DNA of 64,000 nt, taken from positions 17,704,150 to 17,768,149 of the forward strand of contig NC_134026.1 in the NCBI RefSeq assembly GCF_964204645.1, given 5' to 3'. Below are positions 7,871 to 61,800 of the stretch, one piece after another. The notes under the pieces were generated by a model. The model saw only the letters and a program-made list of their open reading frames with translations. It was not told the DNA's origin and did not search any database. Numbering within the stretch: position 1 is the first letter of the stretch; every line of letters begins with the position of its first letter. A program made the position numbers and the translations under genes. This DNA is from Tubulanus polymorphus (taxonomy: Eukaryota; Animalia; Nemertea).

Positions 7871-10519
7871 AATGTGATTTGTATTATTTAGAAAAACAGA
7901 AATATATCATTGATTGTGATGTATAAACAGGGAATAATTTTAATTGTAAACATTGATAAAATTAGTAAAAAGATTTATCAAAACTGAAGGATCAACTGTT
8001 ATTTCTTCCTTTAATTCAACGTTTACAGTATTAAATAAATTGATATTTAGATTTATATTGCGTGAAACAGGAATTAGTTTCACAACTTTAAAAGAGATAT
8101 AATATAAAATCTAAACCTTTTTATAAATAAGATACGCTTGATATTGAAGAAGATTTTAACATAAAATTATTATCAAAACAAGAATTTTAAGAAACTAGAG
8201 GGAATGAAGGAAATTAAACAATTTCAAGAGGATATCGATAAAAATAGAAATGAAATTTGTAATGAATTAAAGCAACAATTAAATATTGATTAATTATTTG
8301 ACACAGCATTTTAAAAAAACTTGAAATAATTCCTGAAGTAAAAATTAATCATTATATTCCTAAAATATCTGGCTTTGAAAATAATACAATTTTTGAAATT
8401 AGAGGTTTTTCAACCAAATGTAAATCTTTCATCACCATCAACATCAACATTCGGTTGGATTCAACAATCGGTGTGCTACGCTTACAATATGCTTGCCCGG
8501 TTCTTATATGCTGGTTCCTTGTTCGCTCTATTTTCTTTAAATCGTTCTTCCACTTTCTTTGAATTTCCTTTGAAGTCGTACACCTTCGTGCGCATGCGTT
8601 AGAGTTAGATGAGCCAATTAGGACGCATCTGAATTGGAATAAGACATAGGCCCTCACTACCCCAAAAGGTCGTTGTGAGTGTAGTCACATCCATATTGCG
8701 TCACTTATACGTAAACACTGATACCTCCAAAAAGCCAAATAATCAATTCATAGTTGCACAGTTCTGGATTCAGTTCCACAGTTCAGGATTCAGTTCCACA
8801 GTTATGGATCCAGCTGCTTAGTTAAGAATTGACTCCGTTTAAGTAACAGAAAACTAGCGCATATGAAGCTAGCTTGGGACGTTTATTTACAGGTACATGC
8901 AGAACTCACATAATTCGGATGACTACGGACCGCCTAGATTTCTACGAATTAGGTAAGATCCGAATTATGAATAATAGTTTACATGGTTCCACACTTTCCA
9001 TGGACCAAGTATTTCATCCGAATTAAATGAAAATCCGGATTGAGAAATCCAAATTAAGTGAGTTCTACGGTACTGATGAAAAATTTCAGTGACCATCAAA
9101 CAAATAAAATTATTCAGATTTGAATTGTGGATGGTTTTTTGATTTAAACTTATAGGCTAGATACACACGTATAAATTTCATGCGATGTCATTACAATAAA
9201 ACACAATCCTTTTTAAGGGTCGAACAACAATGAATGATACAAAATACAGAAAAACGCACCGGTTAAAGATTTAAGTATCGAAAAGTCTAAATCTACTCCA
9301 GCCAGATATCAATATTTTTTCCAGTCAACAATACAATCGTAGATTCGTTTTCTAGCAGCTTTTCTGAGATATAAGTGTTAACATTATTTGCATTTCACAA
9401 TTTTTACATGGTTGTATTTGACGGTTTCCTTAGCTACAAAAACACAAAGCTCGAAAAAAGGTTTAGGGATTAGGGATCACTGCGCGAAAAGGATTAGTTC
9501 AATGCATAAATATTTTTACGGAGATCCAGAAATTTGAGCGAGGGAGGTCAAGCGCAGTGTTTCGCAGATAATTTTTCTATATTTCAATAAAAAATGCATT
9601 CTCCTGAGAAAAGAATTTCATTCATAAAGATGTGTACATTACCTACAGTAATTTCTGGCAGACACCGAAACAGCAATCGATAAAAAATTTGAAATGTGGA
9701 TTGATATCACCATCGAAAAAATTATCAAACACGGAGCTGGTCGAGACACCCTAAAGCCCCTTCGCATCCGCCCTTGATTGGAAGGTAAAGAGGCGATTGC
9801 ACGTATACGCATATGCATACGTACATTGGATGTAGTATATACCATAATCTAGTTCATAAAATACGACATATATGGTAAGTCCTGGATGCGATGAGATTTC
9901 GAACAGCAAAAACATAAATATGTGTTCGTAATTCAAAACCTGGAATTTAGTACACAGACAGTACATGCACTGAAAAATATTCTTACGAAGTACAAGGGGG
10001 TTAAAAGATCCAGGAGGAAACACACTAGATATTCGAAGGTTGGTAGCAAAGCAGTTGGTAGCTAGGGGTCTGATCGGTAGTAGTGTCATTTTTGGCCAGC
10101 ACACAGATCACAACCATCATTGTCAGTCAATTTGGCAGGTGATATTTCGCCAATGCGTTACAAAATAGCGTTAACAATTTATGTTAATTATTACTGAGGC
10201 TTATTAAATTATTACTTATTACTGAGGCGTGTGACTTAGAAAATCCAAGGAAAGTGTGGAGAAAAGAGTTAGAGAAAAAAGAGCGGGCAGAGTAGTATTC
10301 GAGCCCGGGACAGCAATTGCTTATTCATATATTACGTACACGCGTTGGGGGAGGGGGTCATGTCTGATGCGTACAAGTCTATACAGGGAAGGGAGGTCAA
10401 GATATGTTGTGCGTGCGCAAATATGGATTTCTGAGACCACTCGATACGACGAAAGGCTCAAACAGCCAATACGGTACCTCGAAAACCAATAATTGCATTA
10501 CGATATTAAGACTTATAAA

Positions 10520-10725
10520 GTCGAATTTCCAGTTTTCTTTTCATTTCGAATTTCGACTTAATTATGACGAATTTTGTGTTATTTTCATGTAGACTTATTA
10601 TCTCGAAATCCGACATTAAAATAACTCGAAATTCGATATATTAACTCGAATTTCGACGTAAAAATTAGTCGAATTTCGACACAATTAAGTCGCAATTCGA
10701 CTTATTAAGCCGAATTTAGACTCGT
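10520..10725. repeat. Degenerate short repeat cluster (TCGAATTTCGAC-like units), probably MITE-derived
   Basis: Repeated self-complementary TCGAA(A/T)TTCGA units. Confidence 0.55.
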
Positions 10726-12761
10726 ATGTCACCTGGATTCCGTACATATCAGTGCTATCGATCTTAAATCAATATAGAATATGGCTTGAATCTGTCTGAA
10801 ATCCTGTTTAGAAAAACGATTTTTTGCAATTTTGTCTACTTGTAATGTATGAATGAAAGGTAAGTCCTTCGCGTACGTGTATGTACGTTTGAATACGTAA
10901 TCGAGGAAGGGCCGCAAACTGTCCTTATGTACGTATACGCTGTGAACGTATGCTTGTTTTATGAAATGAGGATTTTACACTATAGTTTCAATGTCAAAAT
11001 GTATATCTTATAATCATCAGTAAAGTAATGTATCCAAGCAGTATGAGAGGGTTTGAATATAGACACTATTGATTTAGTAATTACCAACTTTGGAGAAAGA
11101 TAATTAATATCATCATACTAAGTCTGAATAGTAAATTGTAAGTTCGGCACTCTCTCACATGTCAGTTTAACGCCTATGTCAACTCTAGTCATCACTTCTA
11201 AACATCTAATAAACATTTTTGAGATAGTTCAGTTAAGCTCAGTGCAGAATACGTTCTGAAACCGACAAGGGCCGACCTGCGAGTCGTGAGCTCTGGATAT
11301 TTATTAGCGAAAAGGCCGACCTGCGAGTCGCGAGCTTTGACATACATCAAATAGATAACATTCACGTCAGATTATCAAAAAGATGCTATCGTTAGTATTC
11401 TCCTCGTCTGGATTCGGATTTTAAAGGCCGAGGAGTATGGATGCTAGTTAACCGGGTGGCAAACACTTGAGATCGGCCGTCCCACTAACTACAGTATCTT
11501 GTTTATAGTGTTTAGAGTGAGCGAGGTTGGCTCACAACAGAAAAGCAGGTCACACACAGTTAAATTTGACAAATTCATAAAAGTTTTCATATCAAATTCT
11601 AAACTAATTTTAAGTAATCTAGTCATAGTGGGAATGAAAATCTGATGCTAGCGATGTTTTTTTGTAGAGATAGGGCCAAGATTAAAGATTTTAGAGACAT
11701 TTCAAATTTTTTGAAAATCATTAATTTTTATCCGATTTCCATGAAATTTGGACACATCATTGATGGTAGATAACTAAACAAGTGTACGAGATTTCAGACT
11801 GATCCATTGACCATAGAAAAAGTTTTGATGTTGCCAAATTTTGGTACTATAAATGAGGCTATGTTTTGTTTATGTATACTGATGACTATAGGTATCAAAT
11901 TACTGTTTATGTGCTCTGTGAGCTACACTAATTCACTGGATAACTCCTCCCTCTATGTCATTCAAAGATTCAAATTTTGAAGGAAATACCAACTAAAATG
12001 CTTAATTTCTCGTAGAGGAGGGCCTAAAACACATTTTTGACTGCAGAAATGAATATATTACACATTAATACATATGGAATATAGGATCGTCTATTCGTTT
12101 CATTTGCCAGGGGGGAATTGAAAAATAGGAATTTTAAGCGTTCGTAATAAATGAATGCTCTCTAGCCCATGTGTATAACCGGGAGCGGTGAATATAATGT
12201 AATTATGAATTGTACACATATATTAAATGACGCCACCATGAAACAAGTTGACTTAAAATGGAGTGATACAAAAACATTAATAAAAGACCAGACGATTATC
12301 GCGATAGTTTAAATATGAAAGAAAAATGAATGCCAGTAGTTAATGTCAGATTGAAATTCACTATAGGTGTCAAGTATTGGTAATCCACTGCTAGTTTAGA
12401 TGGGATCGTAATTCTCTTCTGGCCGATATAAAAACGCTATATTGGTCTATACTCCAAAACATTTAGAAACCTGAAAAAGATGAAAATATATATACAACAT
12501 AAACATATTTTTAAGAAGGGGAGGGCTTATTCATTCCATCTACACTCAGGCCTTATTATTCTGTCTATTTTTAATCGGACAAATCCCAACCCGAGGGCGC
12601 AAACGATATTGCGGAAAATTGAAAGCAGAGGGTCATCAGATTGGATTTATAATCATGTCATATAATATAACATTAATGATAGACACGAACTGGGGCTTCG
12701 ATACAAATAATCTATTAAAAGTCCCCAGCGAAAGGGTTCCTGTGCATACCAATAAAATCGC

Positions 12762-18747
<5,986 letters not shown>

Positions 18748-21700
18748 GATGTCTGGGTTAATTTACGATATAGATAAGATGAATATGTCTCCTTTTAGCA
18801 GTTGTATACTTGTTGCTGATGACTGATACGACCATATAACATAGGCGTGAGCCCCGGAAAATCGATCTCGGAGCCAACAGATGTTTCAATATATTGTCGT
18901 CTGCGTATTATAATGCTTGCTTTCCCTATACACATGCATATGTACATTGAATCTAGCTCTGGCAGCTGATAGCCGTCTATCACTAGTAATGTAGTATACT
19001 GTCGCCAAAACTCAATATAGTATATATTGATCACTGATTATTGATTAATCAAAGGGTAATCGATCGCCCTGATGAAACGGACGAATCGCTATTAGTGCAA
19101 TGGGTTTATAATTGATTATGAATCGTCGCATCGTCTCCTTTGAGAATGCTAACAATCCACTGTTTGAAGGTGGTCATTCATTTCCATCTCCAGGTTAGAA
19201 CAATGGCTGCCACGTCATAAGTTTCTTTCTTTTATAGTTCATCTTGAAACCAAAATCTCATTTTATATATCATTTGCACGTCATGCAGTCCAGGATCTGA
19301 AAGTTTTAGACACAATCTACCCGATGAACGTAGGCCAAAGTTCTTGTGGCTAATTCTATGAGGTATTTGTACCCGGGTTCTCGGACATTCTAAGGATACA
19401 ATCATTCGGTTCAGATGTTATCTTTATATATCTTACAGTTTTTTTTCTCACGCGCTCTAAAGCTCCGGTTCTCGGGCACATAACTCAAGGGAGAAAACCC
19501 TACTAAAAACTACAGTTCTAAACGAAAATTTCAAATTTCGCATTATAAAATTAGTATGGCGTACATTTGATATTTGTTTTTTAAAATAATTTATTACTAC
19601 ATTTTGTCTGAGAATAAGGCCTACGTATCTATCCATCTCAGTCAGAAATAATCTCGTCATTGTCTAGCTCAAATTCATGCCTTTTCTCGTCACCGAGCAA
19701 CCTTTGTTTCGCACTTTCTAATTAATCACCAATGTATCTACGTATATACATCTTCTAGAACTAAAACCATTTTCGTGAGCTAGAGTCAGACAACGAATAC
19801 GGTATAATAAAACATAGAAGTATAAACTAAACAGTTAACACTTAGCAACGAGCTAGTTGATATTCAGCTACACATTTTTCTTGTGTTATAGTTTTAGTTT
19901 ATGTTAGTTTCTATTTTAAAAAAATAATTAGATACTCCCACCCGCATCAATAAACATTTGCCCATAATTAATTGCAAAATGACGCTTTTAGGCCAGAGGT
20001 TGAGAGACCGAGTCGACCGCACTCTTTAGTGCTTTTTTGCAGAGTTAAAAACGATGAGAAAAGAGAAGTAAAACTATTTACTATTCTGATTAAAAGCGAG
20101 GAGTAAAAATATCTATCATTCTTGATTAAAAACGAGGTTAAAATGAGGGAAAATTTCTATTATTTCTAATTCAAAAAGAGGTTAAAATGTGGAGTAAAAA
20201 TATTTATCATTTTTGATTAAAAACGAAGACAAAAAAAACTTTTTTCACCATATTTAGTTTTTCTAACTTAATATTTTATGTTCGATTTCTTGTGAAACAT
20301 CAACCAATCTTTTTATTTCACATTCATTTTTTTATGGTTTTATTCTGTTATTTATTGACACTAAGAATGTCTTTCTATCTCCCATTTATAAGGGAAAAAA
20401 TGCTGATGACTCGACCTCTGGCCTGAAAGCGTCGTATTGCTGTTACTCTCATATATATCATCTTTTTCCTTTTTTCGTGCTTGGATGAAAAGTTTGCATT
20501 GAATCAGTGATTGAAATTTGTGTAGATCGGGTTCAAAACTGCCGTGTTCAGAAGCAATGTCGAAAAAATGTCTTTAGACACTCCGAGCCAATGTCGAAGA
20601 AATTTGCTTCAACAATGAGAAACAATGTCGAAGAAATCTCCATCGACAATCACCGAATAAATATCAATTTCGTAATAATACCGACAAACATGTACCAACA
20701 TACCGACATGGCCCATCTATCCCTATATGGGTTGTACGCACCGACACCCAGTCCCCTGATCTCAGCCACTTTATATAGGGGTTATCCAACACCCAGTTCC
20801 TCGGTCCCGGCCACTTTATACAGGGTTTATCCACTCAAAAAACTCAGCGCCTCGGTCCCAGCCTTTGACTGAATCGAAAAAAGAACTCAGACACCTGCCT
20901 CTCGTCACTTGTGAGAAACCAGTATGATGAGAAACACGGTACATGTATCAACTTTGAATGGCTTCAGGTTTCACAAACGGCAGGACCCTTCATGATTGAA
21001 TTTTATTGAGTTAGATATCTGATATGCACGTCACATACACATTAGTAATGAAAAAAATAAATAAATACACATAATATCTGCCGTTTGTGAAACCTATTGA
21101 ATTAGCAGGATATTGTATGCCTTAAGTAAGCCCCGACGGCCTTCTAGAAAACAGATAAGACACGATGATATATAAAAGAATGCATTTTATTGTCAATATT
21201 CTGATTCAAGTACAGACGAGAACAGAATGAGTTTTTTTTCTTAGTAGGTAGCAATTAATGTAACTGCTCCCACACGTAATACATGTACAAATGTTTTTCT
21301 ACATCATTTTATTCTTACTTATATACTACAGCACACACAATGAGAGCGAACATTGACTCATATCCAGTATATACTTATAGTAAATAAGTGAGGCTAAATA
21401 CAATTTTGCATACTTTTGAGAACACAGCATTTAATGGTTGCCATCTAACTATAATAAGTTTAAATTTCAAGAATAAAATAACTCGGAGCAAAGGTCCTTC
21501 AAAGTTCAATCATTTATATCCAAGTTGACATAAATATCCGGGTGTATAAACATGTCTAGTGGCCTTTCATGTATTAATAGAACCCAAATCACTTGGATTT
21601 GAACATTTTGGAACAAGATCCATTGTAATCTCTGATAAATTTGACTCTAGGATTAAAAACATTGGAAATTTATGTCCCTTAGTACATTTCTAACTCGACT

Positions 21701-22216
21701 GTGTCATTTGATTATCAATTTAACTCGGGCAAACATTGATTACATAATGTCATGTATGCTTTCAACTCATCTCGGGTCTTCACTCAAGTCAGACAAAATC
21801 CCAGAGGCAGTTCGCAGACTGTGTTTGAATTTCACCAAGGGTTAGTTCAACTATCTCTTCACTGTTAAAACTGCTCCATAATAGCGCCGTCATCTTGAGT
21901 TAGAAACATCATTTGAGCTTTGAAAAATGATTATAGCCGCACCACACAATCTAACAGCAATTGTAGCAGAATGTTATATGTACTATATGTATGCAAAAAC
22001 GAAAAAACCTCTCACAAGAAATTGGCCCATCGTCTGAAGTGAAGTGGGGCGGAAACACACTGCAGAATAGTTATTATGCTACATGGAATCGTTGACTGTA
22101 AAATGGTTTAAGAGTCCATGATAACAAGCCCAAGTTTTGCAAGATGACTGGGTCACAAGTCGACCTGTGCTTAACCTAGGTAATCTTATCTGAATGGGAC
22201 ATTGTTGAAATCAATA

Positions 22217-22378
22217 AGGGATCGTTCATTTATTACATACGCATAAAAATTGATCCCCTTTCAATCTTTCAATCCCTTCCCATGTACACAAAATTGGCGA
22301 TTTCCTTATACAAATTTAGCATTCCAGTACGCAATAACACTTACCCCACTCCCTTAACGTAATAAATGAATGACCCCT
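22217..22378. mobile_element. MITE with TIR GGGATCGTTCATTTATTAC
   Basis: Ends ...GTAATAAATGAATGACCCCT, TAA on both sides. A related copy lies at 39857-40034. Confidence 0.65.
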
Positions 22379-24516
22379 AACGAATCATAACGTTTGTGTA
22401 CAGTAGGTAATGCAGTCTTAACACCAAAGACAGAGGGGTAGTGTTTAGTTCTGTGGCTATCAGGTTTTAAAAAACTTCCGTGACTTGCACTAGGAGATAA
22501 TTTGCTCTACACAGCTTCTTTCAATGCACAAAGAAGTGAGTTTGAAATAACAATGTGAGAAACAATGCCGCACCCAGTTCCACGTACAGTTGTCAGTTAA
22601 GTTGTAGGAAGAAGTTCCTAGTCATCAGGGGAGAAAATAGGGGTATGAATTCACGTTTTTATGCAAGTAAATGATGAAATTCACAATTCTATGGCCGTAT
22701 TTTTTGGATAATTCACAACGCACGTGTTAAATTCATAAGAATGGTGAGTTTTTATGAAAAACCGATATATTAGAATCCTCACAACCCAACTATGGCACTC
22801 AAAACCATAACAGACAGGCAAATGAAATTTTGTGACTACACTACAGATTTTCCCAAAATGTTAGGAATTTTCGACCACTTAGTCGATATTGGAGAATCAA
22901 TATCCTTGAAAATAATTTTTCAACTGCGAGGATTTTTTCAAGGAATCAAAAAGTAGTATGAATCCCGAATGAACAAAAATTGAACCACATAAATTTCATA
23001 AAAAAGTTCACAAGTAAGTTTGTGCTCAGGTACTCCTGAAGATATTTCTACAATCATTTTAGCACTTATTCAAAGGTTAATGGTGCCAGTCCATCTTATC
23101 ACTGCGGTTGAAGAGTTACTAAGTAAATCTGTACAAAAAATAAAATGCATATTCATACAATATACACGAACATTGATATTATTTCACATAATAATATACT
23201 GTTGATTATCATATCATTTCCTAGAGGCAACATACAATAACTTAAGAACGTCAGTGACAAAAAAATCATTGAAGGTTATATATACTTTCATTAATATACA
23301 CACATCATCTTCATTATGGCATTCTTATAATGTACACAATACGCAGAAAAGTGCAATTTACATCATCAATAAATTAATGGTTAAAATTAGTTTTTTAAAA
23401 CGCGTGCTTCGTCCATCTTGTTTTTTCAAATTGTTCAAACCTTGGCATGAATCCGTTACATATGCCCATACTGAGTTTCTTGTCTTGTTCAAATGTGAAC
23501 TACCTGATTACACTACCTTGATACACATATACGGATAATCCCTCGGCTCCCTCAATAATGGACAAAGTTTTTTTTCTAAGGAAAATACACTCTACCTATT
23601 CTGGAAGAGCATAATCCGTTAAGTTATTTCCAGGTTTATCAATGAGAGGGTAATAAGCCACTAATTTGAGGATCAGAAAGTCTACATAGAAACCAGAAAA
23701 AAGCATCCACTCTTTTTGGTATTTTCAAGAGTAATGCCTAGTGGTAATATGGTGTGTCAACTAAAAAATGGCGAAATCAATTTACAAAGTGGAGTGGATC
23801 GATTGAACGATACTGCCATTTACACAAGTGATTTTGAGATCTATGAACTTGGTCCGGGGAATAAAAATAACATACACAAGTCATGACTCAAAAGACTTAA
23901 GTTTGACATTTAAGTAATTTTGCTGTATGAGATATTTGATGGATGTTCATCAACCAAAATTTCCATATATCGCAGAAGGCTAACTTTTAACCCGCAGAGT
24001 TGTCAAAACAGCATCACTAACTGCTGATAACCAATTCACCAGGGGCCAGATCTATAGACCGGTATAAGCTTTAACCCGGGGGGGGGGGGGCTAACACAAT
24101 TGAAAATGAATTGAGTTAGCCCCTGGGTTTCATTCAGCACCTGTCTATAAGACCAACCCCACTTGATTAACAAATAAAGCAATATACACTAAACTAGGTA
24201 ATAGACGTACTAAGATGCTGAATGCCTATTTTACAAGGTAGAATTGTTAACGAATTGCTTTCAACTATTAAATGTATATCTATAGAATATCACTTTTTAC
24301 ATTCACCTACTGTTATTTAAAGCTGACCTTGTTCAAGTGAAACTAAGTGCCACTACTACAAATACTAATATGTCCAGTGCGTAGTAGAATTCATTTGGCC
24401 GATGGTAGACGCCAAGATTTCTTTTCCTGACCGCGACTCCTTTGCAATAAACTTTCAGTGTCAACGACAATGAGTTCGGTGAAATCCATAAAATCATGCA
24501 CCGAATCAATCTTATA

Positions 24517-58270
<33,754 letters not shown>

Positions 58271-58618
58271 TGTAAAACGGGGGACTCGCACACACACAGC
58301 TCGCACCTGCACCGGGGCTAGGTAGTATCTAATGTCGCCAGCAGATGGCGCGTGTGCGAATTCAAATTACTTTATTGATTACAAAAGTTTTATTGAAATA
58401 CTTAAACATGTTAAAAGATCGGAACATGTAACGTTAGAAAAACGAAATCAAGGTGGAAAATATTAAATGAAATATTTGCTTAAATGATCCTTAATTACAT
58501 TAAATTGATTGAATTATGTTGGTTATGAAGACATCGGGCTCTCAATCTCAAGGACGCAGAGCAAATCACGAATCTGAAATTCACGAGTCCTCGTATTCTG
58601 CTTGTTGCCGTTCTGAAA
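58271..58618. promoter_or_regulatory. Bidirectional promoter region CARM1/EXOSC3 with a CTCF-consensus motif at 58338-58351
   Basis: Divergent ATGs are 348 bp apart; CCAGCAGATGGCGC matches CCASYAGRKGGCRS. Confidence 0.65.
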
Positions 58619-58807
58619 ATGGACAGTGTCAATTGCGTAGTTATTCCTGGCGATACCCTTCATTCTTTTAAATGCGCAGGAAAGAATGATCAAGTTGTAG
58701 TCGGACCAGGATTGAGAAAGGAGTCAGGAAACGTCATTGCGTCAAAACCCGGCATTCTCCGGTTCAAAGAACCCAATATCTATTGGATAGATAGCCACAT
58801 CAGAAGG
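58619..58807 (+). CDS. EXOSC3: EXOSC3 exon 1
   Basis: [12 protein letters not shown]...YWIDSHIRR; donor GTAAAT. Confidence 0.9.
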
Positions 58808-61800
58808 GTAAATGTTTTTTTGTGACTATATGTAAATGGATGAGAATGCACCTTAGGTTTAGGTCACTTTTCATTTTAAGGTGCAGATCTGGGCTAGAGC
58901 CGCACCTCTCACTCATGAAATGAATGCTGCAATTATAATATAAGGCTTAAAATGAGAAATTCTTAACTTCTCATCAAGTTACAAGTAACATGTAACATTA
59001 GGTCGTACTTCATTTTTCGAAAGCCAAAAGGATATTTTCGCGTTGTAACCTCATATAATTTACTTTGCGAAACTGTCAAAGAATGCAAATATCCTAATAA
59101 TGCAGTAACGGTCTGAAACCCCTGTTCAGAGATGCTAGTTTTCCGGAAATATCCGGAATTCCGGAAATTTAGGATTGCCGATGTAAATTCCGGAAATTTG
59201 GTGAGAATTCCTCGCGGCGACCAGTAATGGCACGGACCGTAAAAGCGTTCGTTTGCTTGTACTCGTCGTCGCTTCTGTGTTATTTTATCTTGGTCTCTGT
59301 TTCCGAGGACGTTCTGCTACAATGTATATATGTGTGCTTGTTGTGGTATCTGTGCGTGCGTAAGCGGAGCGCCACTGTTGTGACGCCATTTCCAATTAAA
59401 AGTCAATTATCTTTGCGCGCCGTTGTACATCGTCCCGCTGACGGCCAACAATGTGAAGATGCACGTGGTAATAATTAAGATGATATTTAATCAATATCAT
59501 CTTAATTATTACCACGCGCGTGCTATGTCCTGAGGCACGCAGCTTTGTAACTTTCTTTTTGCGGGACGGTCTGCAAAATGAGCACGCACGGAAAGATTGT
59601 CAGTCGGGAGTCGGCCGATATAAAGGCAATTGACAGCGGTATAAAAAATAGATTTAACTGGCACTGGCTAAAGTGTAAGGACAGTAACGGGGACTACTTA
59701 TCGAACTACATTCGTAAGATAGACTTAGCTGGCGTGGCGTACTGCGTCGTTTGTAAAGACCAGGTCAAATACGGTAGTGGCGGGAAAAAAGATATTCTTC
59801 GTCACCCGGATAGCGCGCGGCATAAGAAGGCAGCGAGGGATGTGAAGCACAACGAATGCCTGCCGTCGTATTTTCAGATGAAAGATGCCGATCGTGATAC
59901 TGCATCTCCGGCGATGCAAAAACGCAAAAATTTTTCTGGGGGAGGATCCCCAGACCCCCCCCCCGTTCTAAATTCCGGAATTTTGGTACTTTGGCCCTAG
60001 CATCTCTGCCTGTAAGTCAAAGTGAAATATGTGTAACGCTATGTAACACCCTATAACAAGGGTGTAACAGACTGTAACGCTATGTGAAACCCTAGTAACT
60101 AAAAGTGAAATATCTGTAACACTGTAACACCTTGTAACAAAGGTAATACCAGGCTGTAACGCCATGTGAACCCCCTGTAACTCAAAGCGAAATATGTGTA
60201 ACGCTATGTAACACCCTGTAACAAGGGTGTAACAGGCTATAACGCCCTGTAATGCTATGTGAAACCCCTGTATTGTAACTAAAAGTGAAATATGTGTAAC
60301 GCTATGTAACACCCTGTAACACGGGTGTAACAGGCTGTAACGCCCTGTAACGCTATATGAAACGCCTTGTGAAACCTATCCTGTAAGTCAAAGTGAAATA
60401 TGTGTAACGCTATGTAACACCCTGTAACAAGGGTGTAATGGGCTGTAACGCCCTGTAACACCATGTGAAACCCCTGTAACTCGAAGCGAAATATGTGTAA
60501 CGCTATGTAACACCCTGTAACAAGGGTGTAACTGGCTGTAACGCCCTGTAACGCTATATGAAATGCCTTGTGAAACCTATCCTGTAAGTCAAAGTGAAAT
60601 ATGTGTAACGCTATGTAACACCCTGTAACAAGGGTGTAACAGGCTGTAACGCCCTGTAACGTTAACTTATCTGAAACCCCTGGAACTCAAAGCGAAATAT
60701 GTGTAACGCTATGTAACACCCTGTGACAAGGGTGTAACTGGCTGTAACGCTATGTGAAGTGTCTAACCAAATTTTTTTAAAACTTTTTCGATCTCGTTAT
60801 TGTGGGATTTATATTTTTATTCGTCTCTCGCGATTCATTGCGTAGTTTTACCGTGAAGTCCCACAATGGTTTATTTCATATCCCCACTTGAAAGTAGGAG
60901 GTTTTTGGGCCATTTTTTGTCTCAAAATTGTTGCGATTTTGCACGGGACGACAGATTGGATTAGAAAATCTAAAGTGGAGATTTCAAGGACAGATCTAGG
61001 ATTCTTAGATGTGGGTGGACCCGACAATTGGTCCAATTCCAAACTACATGCCCATTCCAATTTGGAATGGGCATGTAGTTTGAAAAAGGCAGATTTTGCA
61101 ATGCGAGGGCTAGAAGTGCCAAACATTAGCAGGGTTTCTTGTGGCCCACCAACAGAAATTTTTGGATTTATATTTGTATGCAAGATCTAATTTAAATTTC
61201 TATGCAAAAATTGTTTTTCATGACTTCTTGGAGGGCACATTGGAAGTTTGAAGGGGTGGACCAGTCCACTCTAAATCCGGCCTTGGATTTGTTAAAAATG
61301 TTTTTTGATGTAATCAATTTGAGAATGAAAAGTATAATTTTCTTATATCAATTTTAACCACGATATCAGACAATTTGGCTAGCATAAGTAACCCAAGCGA
61401 CAGTTGACTGGAATATGATTAAGGTTATTGCACTGATTACCCTCACATCATTTCAGTCAGTATTTGTGACAAGTCTGCATTAGAATAACCAAATTGAATA
61501 TGGAATCCCGTGCAAAAAAATTGGGACAATCTTGAGTTGAGAAGAACTGGTCCATAAGTCTACTTTCTGTAAAGATCTGTGAATCACTAGAGTTGTGGAT
61601 CTGCACTTTATCCACTTTTGTGATTGTGTTACTGTTTGTGTAATATGTAGTAGAAGGTTTACGCACATTATCATACCAGACACCTAAACTGCAGTTACTC
61701 CTAATTGCTTATGCTGTTGAAACTCAAACCTTTTGCAAACCATTAGCCCTAAACCTAATCTTTGCCATTTAACCTCAATGGTACTGTATTTCTAACTTCC

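Larger units (their letters stand above)
6303..8350 (+). mobile_element. Degenerate Polinton-like remnant starting with a 144-bp terminal hairpin (6303-6446)
   Basis: AGTAAGTGTATAAT...ATTATACACTTACT hairpin carries the same TTTCAGATC..AGGTCG..AGGTCGAGCTC block as the 355 terminus. It is followed by extremely AT-rich DNA with tightly packed intronless ORFs. Right boundary approximate. Confidence 0.6.

Noticed and set aside
355-8350. Organelle insertion or bacterial contaminant
   Set aside because: No recognisable mitochondrial or bacterial genes; termini, TSD and penton-like motifs fit a Polinton-like origin better.
21186-21191. AATAAA (minus strand) as the CARM1 poly(A) signal implying a ~3.3-kb 3' UTR
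   Set aside because: Plausible but cannot be distinguished from other AATAAA hexamers in AT-rich DNA without transcript data.
59968-60464. Repetitive ORFs (GCYIALHIF...)
   Set aside because: Translation of the TGTAAC minisatellite.
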